DNA of 34,471 nt, from NCBI GenBank assembly GCA_023231475.1, contig JALJEE010002164.1, positions 1-34,471 of the forward strand, written 5' to 3'. A program made the position numbers and the translations under genes. Under the pieces are notes generated by a model, which searched no databases, was not told where the DNA came from, and worked only from the letters and a program-made list of their open reading frames with translations. The stretch is from Seison nebaliae (Eukaryota). Positions 12,707 through 22,136 of the stretch are shown in pieces. Position 1 is the first letter of the stretch, and every line of letters starts with the position of its first letter.

Positions 12707-12832
12707 ATTTCTAATAAAAATGAAACGGGAAATTGAATAATTAATTAATAATAATTCCGAGGAAAAATTTTCAAATCAGATTAATTAAAATTATATGAAA
12801 ATTTTATCAATTACGAGGAAAATTTATGGAAA

Positions 12833-13204
12833 TTATTTCCGTCTATTATTAATCATTTTCTTTTTTGTCGATTTTGTCGATTTTGTCGTTTTTTCTGTTA
12901 TCGCAATTTTCCCATTTATTTCCTTCGGATTTATTTCCTTTTTCAGAGGGATTTTTCGTCTTATTTTGAGAATGGCTTGTGGTGGTCGATTATCTGGTCC
13001 GACTCCAATCGAACGAAATTGTTTTTTCACCACAGTTCTTTTCGTCAATTCAACTTTCTTTTTTTTCTTCTCATTCTCCTGAAGAATTAATTGATGAAGT
13101 TTTTGATTTTTTAATAAATTCACTTTACCATTTTTCATCATTTTCTTTATTTCTATTTTAAATTTATCTGAATTACTTCCAAATAAATTCCTTTCTCTTT
13201 TCAA
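12833..13204 (-). CDS. Small lysine-rich hypothetical protein; start and exon structure uncertain
   Basis: Open K-rich frame ending at TAA 12833 with coding-like composition; possible in-frame intron at about 13079-13126. No homology recognised. Confidence 0.45.
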   Translation of the reverse strand: MKRERNLFGSNSDKFKIEIKKMMKNGKVNLLKNQKLHQLILQENEKKKKKVELTKRTVVKKQFRSIGVGPDNRPPQAILKIRRKIPLKKEINPKEINGKIAITEKTTKSTKSTKKKMINNRRK

Positions 13205-13422
13205 TGATTTATTGACAACTAAATGAGATTATTCCTCCGAGATTAATCGACAACAGTTCGAAGTGTGAAGAATAGTCAATCATATCGAAGTTTAATGAAT
13301 TTGAATTAGTTTCAACTGAAACTTGAGGATTTTCAATTGAAAACTCAATTTCAAATTGACTCAATTTTATCCGAAATATTGTTATTTAAATTTAAATATT
13401 TATCAATTTACTTATCAAGAAG

Positions 13423-14228
13423 ATGTCGAAGAGTGAGACGAATAGAAACAACAACACAGAGAAACGAAAGAAGAAACATAAAGTTGTACGGGACTTTGAC
13501 ATATTTGGACAAGGTAGTCATCATGAATGGCGAGGGAATGAAAGTTGAAATTTAGAAATTTAAATTTTTCTTAAAAACATTTATTGGGAACAGAATATTG
13601 TGAGGATAGGAAAATGTGTAGGTTGGAACGATTGGAAAAAGAAGGTCGAGGGAAAGCTCATTGGAGAAAGAAGAAGAAAAAGATATCGGACAAATTCGCT
13701 GCATTTTCCGGTTTACCTGATTGTAAATCAGTGAAGTTACAACAAAAGATTTATAAGGAAAAAATGAGAATGGAGAAGTTGAAGAAAAAAAAGGCGAAAG
13801 AAGAAGAAATGAGGAAATTAGCATCGAAGGTTAGATTCAAGTATTGTGAATATAACGAAGAATTATGTGAGAAAATCGAAAAATCGAAAGAGAAACAAAT
13901 TAAAAAGTTTAAGAAGGAAATTATTCATCTGTATAAAATATACAAGAAACGATTAATAAAAGGTTTCATCTAATATTATCAATTTCCATTCGATGGATGA
14001 AATAAAGAAACATTTTAATTTCATTTACCAGTTTTAAAAGAATTGATACCTAAACTAATTTTATATCTATTCTGGATCGGTATCATTGCAATTATCGTAT
14101 ATTTAATATTAACTCTTTGGAATACAATTTTTATGGATTTCGCCGATGAACGGAAGTTTATCGATCGACCCGAACCTTTACAACAAGATTACGAACCGGA
14201 AATACCAGATGATGATCGAATGAATTGA
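13423..14228 (+). CDS. Orphan single-pass membrane protein: basic/coiled N-terminal region, one hydrophobic helix near the C-terminus, short acidic tail; 3 exons
   Basis: Two phase-1 GTT-AG introns (about 13544-13593 and 13963-14031) join ATG 13423 with track ORFs 13584-13973 and 14043-14228 in one frame. Hydrophobic segment LILYLFWIGIIAIIVYLILTLW. Confidence 0.7.
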
Positions 14229-14326
14229 ATTATAAAAAATAAAGTTTTGTAAATTTTTATACAGAAATAAAATGAATTCTCCAAAAATTTGGTGAATAAC
14301 AAAATGATAATTTAAATTCAACTTTT

Positions 14327-15505
14327 TCATTTCTCCAATAAATCCAAAATGTTCATTTGTAAATGAATATCCAGATTGGAGTTGTCACTGATCTTTTCGA
14401 ATAATTCAATCTTCTTCTCCATTTCATTATGTTCCTGTTCTTTCTTTTCTCGTTCGTGAAGTATCTGACTCAATTTCCCTTCACTCATATCTGATGAGAA
14501 AAATAAAAAATTGATTGAAAAACGAAAAAATTTGAAAGAACTTTCTTCGAAATTTTGATTCAATCCATCCTCCATCGGTATTGTCGTTAAGAAATTTTCT
14601 TTCAAAAATTCATTTCTCGTTTCGATTTCTTTAAGTAATTTCTCCGAATTGTCATGATCAAAAATGAAGTCCATCCAATTTTCTTGAAGGAAATGTCGAT
14701 TGAGGAATTGTTTGTCCTCTTCTGAATATAACATGTTGACATCGATAGAATAATATTGATTTCGATGGAATCCATAATCCGTTCTCTTTTCTGATGGAAT
14801 TACTACGTTAAAATCATCGGAATTATCTTCTGGTGAATTGATGGTATTCTGAGATGAGATATATCATTAAAACTAAATGGAATTCGTATGAAACTTCAGG
14901 AAATGTTCGAAATGCTCCAATTTCCAATTTGCCCTGTTGACTTGTACGAATTGGATCGATGACAATCGCTATCCATGGATCTTGATATGTCTGATGCATT
15001 TGTTGTGTTTGCACATCGATTCCAGATAACCAACAACCATAACCTGGATGAGAATGATACCATCCGATTGGTTTGTCTCTCCTACCTAACTTCAATTCAA
15101 TTTTAAATTTAATATGAGAAACTAAGAGGAACTTTATTCAAATGATCAATATATTGTGTCATGAAAACGTTAGCTTCAGCGGCGGCATTTACTCGCGTTT
15201 CCGTTCCTTCCACCGGTAGAGCGAATGAATCGATAATGACATATGTCTTCTCTTTAATATAACCCAATAAGAGACCCATCACTTCGATACTCCCTCCACT
15301 AATACAATGCTTCATCATTTTATTGATCGTGCTAATGGAAATGTCCACACGATTAAAATATTTAGAACTATAAATTATCATGAGAGTTCCTGTTAATTCA
15401 AATAATGTTCGTTAACTCCTCCTTCCATGGTGCCTCTTCTAACAGTTTCTGGGACGAATCATCTCGATATAACTGTTTTATAAGATTACTTTCTTCATTC
15501 ATCAT
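14327..15505 (-). CDS. COPS5: COP9 signalosome subunit 5 (JAMM/MPN+ deneddylase), 5 exons
   Basis: [34 protein letters not shown], intact JAMM motif [18 protein letters not shown], and [16 protein letters not shown]. Four GTT-AG introns. Confidence 0.95.
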
Positions 15506-16037
15506 TCGAATGGATTCCTCTCGTTGCGACTAAAAGTTCAGCTGATTTTTTAAAACATTTCTATCTCTATATCATTCTATGAAGTGATTTTCATGAAATC
15601 TTTTCTAATAGAGACTAATAGAACTTCTTTAAAATTTCCTTAAAACTTCTCGGAATTATTATTTATCATCGGCCCTAACAAGAAGTTTCCATGATGAAAC
15701 TTATTTCCTTTGAGATGATTATTCAATTGATTTCAATAAACAGTATTTTAAATTTGAGAAATATTTTATACATCCATAAAATATTTAACTAATAAAACTA
15801 TTAATTAAATTTGAATGAGAATCATATGAATTTCAACAGTCTTTTCCATTAAAAGTTTTGTAAGTTTAGGTCTATTTATAGAATATCGACTGACTTAAAA
15901 TTGAAAACAAATAAAACCGAATTCACTTAATTAGTTAAGTCACTTAATTTCATTTTAGTCAACAACGGATTAGGATTATTACATATCCCAATTCAGTTGC
16001 ATATGATCGCAACTTTAAATCATTCATTCACCTTATC

Positions 16038-17462
16038 ATGTCATCAACATCTTTTGACAAAACTACATCTACCAATTCGTTATATTCGAATATTTCGAAA
16101 AATTCTTATGATAAATCGAAAGGAATAGACAAAATTAAACTACCAACAATTGGCAGAGTACTCAATTCGGTGCCTTATCCCGCTACTCATCGTTTAACCA
16201 TAAAAGATGCTTATGGTCAAGATAAAAAGCCAAAGATCGATCTGATAAAGAAACACTTCTATCAGGAAGGACGAGTGGAAGAAGATTTAGGTCTGAAAAT
16301 AATACAAGATATGATGCAGGTCGTTTCATTGGAACAAACGTTATTGAGTGTAACTTCACCAGTCTTAATTTTCGGTGATATTCATGGACAATATTACGAT
16401 ATGATTAAAACTTTGGATGACGTAGGATTACCGGAAGGCAAAAGCTTTTTATTTTTGGGAGATTATGTCGATCGAGGTTTATTCTCCGTCGAATGTTTCT
16501 TGTATTTGTGTACATTAAAGATTCATTATCCGAAACATTTTTTCATGTTAAGAGGCAATCATGAATGTCGGAGAATAACAAGACATTTTACTTTTTATGC
16601 AGAATGTCTATCGAAAATATCAAATGTCTTCTATTTGCAATGTATGGAAGCGTTCGATTGTTTACCGTTAGCGGCGGTAGTAGACGGAATTATTTTTTGT
16701 GTTCATGGAGGAATATCGGAAGCAGGAATGAATTTGAAAGACATTTTGAGTTATGGCGAAGAACGATTTGCTGATATACCCTCACAAGGATTAGTTTGCG
16801 ACTTAACTTGGTCGGACCCAATGCCAAATTATAATTCGAGTTCTTCGAAACAGAGAAGGTTTCAACCAAATCGACTCAGAGGTTGTGCTTACCAATATGG
16901 CTATAAAGCTGTCGAAGAATTTTTACAAAAGAATCATTGTTTATGTATCATTCGAGCACACGAAGTTCAGAATACTGGTTGTACAATGTACAAGAAAAGT
17001 TCAGTGACTAAATTCCCTTCGGTCATCACATTATTCTCAGCACCGAATTATTGTGACGTCTATAAGAATTTAGGGGCATATATTAGATTTGAAAATTCCA
17101 TTTTACATATTCACCAATTCTCTCATTCGCCACATCCATACATACTACCCAATCTCATCGATGCCATCAACTGGTCATTGCCGTATATCATGGAGAAAGT
17201 GACACACATGCTAGTGTGTATAATGCAGTTGAGTGCGGATGAACCGATTATGAGTTCGAAAGAGGAACAACTTAAAACTATATTGGGATTCTATTCTTCC
17301 ATGAGAGAGAATAGTGAAGTGATGTTACAACTTCAAGGATTAACTCCGATTTCTGGAAATACATTCAAATATGCCAAACCCAATGAAGGAGTTCATAAAG
17401 TGGATTCATTTGAAATGGCGAAACAAATGGATGCTGATAATGAACGAGTTTTCGATGATTAG
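16038..17462 (+). CDS. Calcineurin A-like (PP2B/PPP3C family) Ser/Thr phosphatase catalytic subunit, divergent paralog 1, intronless
   Basis: GDIHG, GDYVDRG and RGNHE motifs; calcineurin-specific VPYPATHRLT; CnB-binding helix HPYILPNLIDAINWSLPYIMEKVT; GLTP; autoinhibitory-like SFEMAKQMDADNER. Confidence 0.92.
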   Translation: MSSTSFDKTTSTNSLYSNISKNSYDKSKGIDKIKLPTIGRVLNSVPYPATHRLTIKDAYGQDKKPKIDLIKKHFYQEGRVEEDLGLKIIQDMMQVVSLEQTLLSVTSPVLIFGDIHGQYYDMIKTLDDVGLPEGKSFLFLGDYVDRGLFSVECFLYLCTLKIHYPKHFFMLRGNHECRRITRHFTFYAECLSKISNVFYLQCMEAFDCLPLAAVVDGIIFCVHGGISEAGMNLKDILSYGEERFADIPSQGLVCDLTWSDPMPNYNSSSSKQRRFQPNRLRGCAYQYGYKAVEEFLQKNHCLCIIRAHEVQNTGCTMYKKSSVTKFPSVITLFSAPNYCDVYKNLGAYIRFENSILHIHQFSHSPHPYILPNLIDAINWSLPYIMEKVTHMLVCIMQLSADEPIMSSKEEQLKTILGFYSSMRENSEVMLQLQGLTPISGNTFKYAKPNEGVHKVDSFEMAKQMDADNERVFDD

Positions 17463-17788
17463 AGAAAATTGTTAAATAAACTTTTCAAACATAAATTTTT
17501 CAAATTTCCTTTCATTAAATTATTTCCTTTTAATTAATATGATTTTACATAATCACAATAACGATGAATTAAATACGAAATAAAATTTATTAATTTAATA
17601 ATAATACTAATTATTATTATTATTTATTTGAGAAATTAGATGGAAAAGAAATATAGAAAATTGGAATGAATTAAAAGTGAATGAATCCGAATGAGTTGTA
17701 CGAAATTCAAATAAGACTTTTTTTATTAATGTGTTCAATTCATTTTATTGATTCAACTTAATTCACAAATATCATCCATATTGACACA

Positions 17789-19177
17789 ATGAAGAGTGGA
17801 AAGAATACAGAACGTATCGTAAAATCCGTCCCCTATCCGGCCACTAATCGGTTGACGAAAAAGGAGTTATTCGGTTCGGATGGGAAACCGAAGTTGCAGG
17901 TCTTACAAAAGCATTTCCTACGAGAAGGACGACTCGACGAGGACTGTGCCATTCATCTGTTGCAACAAGCGATGAAAATATTTGCAACTGAATCGAACTT
18001 GGTGCAACTAACATCGCCGATAACGATGGTGGGAGATACCCATGGACAATTTTTTGATTTGATCAAATTGTTTTCGAAAGCGGGACAACCTGATACGACC
18101 AAATTCTGCTTTCTTGGTGACTATGTTGATCGTGGATGTTTCAGTGTTGAAGTTTTACTTTATTTGTATTGTATGAAATTGTTATATCCTCAAAATATAA
18201 CGTTGTTGCGTGGCAATCATGAAAGTCGTCAATTGACGGCCCATTTTACTTTCAAATCGGAATGTATGATGAAAATAGGAGAGACATTTTACGATCAATG
18301 TTGCGAATCATTCGACTGTTTGCCAATATCGGCATGTGTCGATAAACAATTCATTTGTGTACATGGTGGCTTATCTCCCGATATCGATGTATTGGAAGAT
18401 ATTAAATCGATTAATCGATTTACCGATTTACCATCATCTGGTCCATTGTGTGATATGTTGTGGTCGGATCCGACAGAAGATTTTGGATCAGAAACAGGTA
18501 CTCGATTATTCTTTGAGAATACGATTCGTGGCTGTTCCTTCAAATATACCTATAGAGCTGTATGTCAATTTCTGGAGAAGAATAATTTGTTGACGATGGT
18601 TCGTGCTCATCAAGTTGTTGACAAGGGATGTGAAATGAAGAAACAATTCGCAAGAACACAATTCCCGTCAATGATCACATTATTCTCAGCTCCCAATTAT
18701 TGTGATGCTTATAAGAATAAAGGAGCTTTCCTCAAATATGTGGACAAAGTGTTACATGTCTATCAATTCAATTGTGTTCCACATCCTTTTTATCTTCCCA
18801 ATATGATGGACGTGTTCAATTGGTCTTTACCATTTGTCTTTGAAAAGGTCACCAATATTTTATTGGCATTATTTACATTTGGTGATGATGAAGAGATAAC
18901 TGATGGACAGAATGAAGCACATATTTCTCGTATGACGGAAAAGATGGCAGAACGAGATAGTGCATTGTTCAAGAAGATTTCTGCGATTCGAGGAGTGGCG
19001 AATAAATATTCGAGATTGAGGAACGATTCAGAAGCGATGATCAAAATGAAAGGTCTCACACCGAAGAAGAAGAATATGTTCCAGGAATTATCCGTTCGTC
19101 AGAAACGAGGAGATAAAACAGATTTTGAATATGCTACCGATTTAGATTCGTCCAACGAACGATGGTACAGTCAATAA
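17789..19177 (+). CDS. Calcineurin A-like (PP2B/PPP3C family) catalytic subunit, divergent paralog 2, intronless
   Basis: GDTHG, GDYVDRG and RGNHE motifs; KSVPYPATNRLT; HPFYLPNMMDVFNWSLPFVFEKVT; CaM-site-like KKISAI; KGLTP; autoinhibitory-like FEYATDLDSSNER. Confidence 0.93.
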   Translation: MKSGKNTERIVKSVPYPATNRLTKKELFGSDGKPKLQVLQKHFLREGRLDEDCAIHLLQQAMKIFATESNLVQLTSPITMVGDTHGQFFDLIKLFSKAGQPDTTKFCFLGDYVDRGCFSVEVLLYLYCMKLLYPQNITLLRGNHESRQLTAHFTFKSECMMKIGETFYDQCCESFDCLPISACVDKQFICVHGGLSPDIDVLEDIKSINRFTDLPSSGPLCDMLWSDPTEDFGSETGTRLFFENTIRGCSFKYTYRAVCQFLEKNNLLTMVRAHQVVDKGCEMKKQFARTQFPSMITLFSAPNYCDAYKNKGAFLKYVDKVLHVYQFNCVPHPFYLPNMMDVFNWSLPFVFEKVTNILLALFTFGDDEEITDGQNEAHISRMTEKMAERDSALFKKISAIRGVANKYSRLRNDSEAMIKMKGLTPKKKNMFQELSVRQKRGDKTDFEYATDLDSSNERWYSQ

Positions 19178-19559
19178 GAGAACGAGTGACATGTGAAAAA
19201 TTAACAAAAAAAAAATGATTCTATATATTGAGCAATGTGATGAATGAAGTTGATTAGTATTTTATTTAAATCTAAATTCGAAGGATATATCAAATTCGAA
19301 GAAATCAATCAACTCATTTTTGAATTGATTAAGAATAAATAATATTTTTGCCAAACAAATATCTCATTTGCCTTTGTCAGACATATAAAAAAAAAGTGGA
19401 TTGTAAGAAGAGTAAGAAGAAAGAAAGAGAGAGAGAGAGAGAGAAATATGGAAAACTTTTTGTTTTCAATTTGTCGTTGTGGAATTAGATGATGTGAAAA
19501 AAAGAGAAGTTTGGTAAAAGTGAAGAATGTATAATGGGGAGGAAATGAAAAGAAAACGA

Positions 19560-20681
19560 TCAGATACGGAAACAATAAATATCGAGATAAGTGCAAATAT
19601 CGTTGCAAACTTCGATGGAATATCTCAATAAATTATAAGTCGTATAAACGAGAACAACAATGAGTAGATAAAATTCATTAATAGCACGACCCAAAAAGAG
19701 TTGATTAATTAACATCAATACCCATGCTGTGATTGATACGTCGATCATCGAAAATTCGTCAGTGCACATATGGGCAACTATGAGTCGATTGGTGGTGAGA
19801 GCCCACACCATTCCGCCCACACTAATCGTCCACAACAAATAATTCGTACTATATAATAGCGATAAATTGACCAATTCATATAGAACCACCATAATGATGG
19901 AGAGAGGAATGGCCGGAGATAAGACACTCGTATTCGCCACCGTCGAGCCATTAGCGCCACGACCTCCAAATAAGATGTTCCAACTATTTGATCGTATCAT
20001 CGAAGCGGAAGTACAAACAATTGTCATGAACGGAAGAAATCTCAAATCACAATTCATAATTGGAATTTTCAACGACCACATCGATTGCCCAAATAACCAC
20101 GTTGCTAAGCAACAGCCGATAATTCCCCATTGAGCTTCCGTCACGTCGACTTTATAAAATTTCATACAACCAGTGACGAATGTCTGCCAATGTGCTATGT
20201 AGAAAACGGACATGACCAATCCACATTTGAGAGCTGTCAATTTCGAATAATCGCCCATTTGAACGACAGCTGCCAATGCTACGATAACGACTACCGTCGA
20301 GATGGAATCACATCCATGATCGAACAATTCACCTAAAGGTGAAGACGAATTTGTTCGTCTCGCTTGTTTCCCATCAATCGCGTCCAGAATCTGATAAATG
20401 AATAATCCGATTGCGAATGATAAACTTGTCCATGGCGGTAAATCGTTTTTGGCATTTGGTGACAAATAAATGATGATTGTACAAGGAACTACATTAGCCA
20501 CCAATCCTAAAAGAGTGAGTAGATTTGGTGCAAACCACATAGGTACATATTGAACAACGGTATTCCAAAATGGTTGCATCAACGGATCTAACAATGTCTT
20601 GCCTTCAGCGGAATATTTATGACGCCGCATATTAGATAAAGCTTTCGGTGATAATTGTTTCATTCTCACCTCTGTTCCCAT
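19560..20681 (-). CDS. CEPT1: Choline/ethanolamine phosphotransferase (CEPT1/CHPT1 family), intronless CDS
   Basis: HKYS, APNLLTLLGL and the CDP-alcohol phosphotransferase motif DAIDGKQARRTNSSSPLGELFDHGCD; multiple TM helices. First ATG is at 20681, just after an AG acceptor. Confidence 0.93.
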   Translation of the reverse strand: MGTEVRMKQLSPKALSNMRRHKYSAEGKTLLDPLMQPFWNTVVQYVPMWFAPNLLTLLGLVANVVPCTIIIYLSPNAKNDLPPWTSLSFAIGLFIYQILDAIDGKQARRTNSSSPLGELFDHGCDSISTVVVIVALAAVVQMGDYSKLTALKCGLVMSVFYIAHWQTFVTGCMKFYKVDVTEAQWGIIGCCLATWLFGQSMWSLKIPIMNCDLRFLPFMTIVCTSASMIRSNSWNILFGGRGANGSTVANTSVLSPAIPLSIIMVVLYELVNLSLLYSTNYLLWTISVGGMVWALTTNRLIVAHMCTDEFSMIDVSITAWVLMLINQLFLGRAINEFYLLIVVLVYTTYNLLRYSIEVCNDICTYLDIYCFRI

Positions 20682-21534
20682 CTGCTGGATCACAAAAATG
20701 TTTGGTGATTTTTTTTTAGTGAAAGAAAAAAAAAATTTTTTTTTGTTTCAATTCAGATGACAGATCTTTTTATCAAATGAGAACTTGACATATCAGAGGG
20801 AAATAAAGAGGAAAAAATAAAAGGAAAATTTTTTGGAGGAAACAAGTTGAAGAAGAAATTCACTAAAATCTTTTATCCATTATGACTGGTAAGAGCATTA
20901 ATTAATTTCCAGAATAAGACAAGAATTTCCATTTGAAATAATCTAATTAACTTTTAATGAATATCTTCTCTTTTCCCTAATTCATCTTCACTTCATTCAA
21001 CTTTATCGTGCGAGACTCGAAGTGAACAGAACTGAACATTACGTAAGAAAAATTAAAGAAGAAATGACGAGAAAAGAATTGGGAAATGAAATTATCGAAA
21101 TGAGAATTATTTAACTAAAGAAAAATAAATGGTATTTTTTTTTTGAAAAAGGAGTATAAGAAATGTAGTGAGAATACACGAACCAAAAAATAACATCTCT
21201 TGTAGAATTATCATCAAATTATGAACAAATTGACAATAAATTCAATTGACGGATCCAATCATTTTAATAGACTTAATATTTGAATTATTCATTCTTCCAA
21301 ATGAATCGACTAAGACACAAACGAGACATATTAGAAATTTAATTGAGAAAATATTTTAAATAATAAGAATAATTATTTATTCGTTCCCCTATAAATAGAA
21401 GGAGTTTCTTTTTTTCTAAATAAAATTCATTTTTTCTGTTCGTACACAGATTATGTGAGTGAGAAGAATCGGCGTAATAGTTATAAGAGAATAGCAGAGG
21501 AAAGTAGAAGAAAAACTGTTTTTACCATATCTTC

Positions 21535-21630
21535 ATCCCCCACCCCCCCACTCCACAGTTACACACACATACACACACACATACAAATATACATATACGT
21601 ACACGTAAGAATGTGCGAAGGGGGAGGAGA
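21535..21630. repeat. C-rich tract plus imperfect (CA)n microsatellite in the divergent CEPT1-OGA intergenic region
   Basis: A run of C tracts followed by acacacacatacacacacacatac. Confidence 0.7.
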
Positions 21631-22136
21631 ATAGTTTGCGATGATTCTTTTCAACTGTTTTTCATTCGTCCATTCTTTTCATTATCTGTCTTACACAACA
21701 TACACTCCTTTATAAATAAGTAGTCGAACATAAAACTTTATTATATTTATTTTCATTTTCATCGAAATCTTTTTTTCGTTTTAGCTGTCAATTAGAATTA
21801 GAGAAGTGTATGGAAAGTAAATTAATTTTTGAATTCAATCAAAATTTTCTATTTTTAATTTGATTCTTAAAAAAATATTAAATTATATTTTAATCAATTT
21901 CTAACGTACTTTTCGATAAATTTTCTCGAATAGAATTTCTTTCTAAGAAATCCTTATTTAACTTTTTTTTTGTTGGGCACATTGTGTAGATTTCGTTTCA
22001 TTCATAGATTCGTAAAACGAACTGAACCATTCTTCGAAAACATTACTATTCGTTGTGAATAGCCATCAAGAAAAAATTCGAATCTCATTTAAAACGATTA
22101 TTCAAAATTGGTAATCGATTTTCACACTCTTCAAAA

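Noticed and set aside
15683..15702. Hairpin aagtttc-catgat-gaaactt with a C-box-like ATGATGA between COPS5 and calcineurin
   Set aside because: A 7-bp AT-rich stem is expected by chance, and there is no convincing D box or guide sequence.
19415..19450. Purine (GA)n tract and ORF 19309-19608 between convergent genes
   Set aside because: This is a simple microsatellite in 3'UTR sequence, and the ORF is a compositional artefact.
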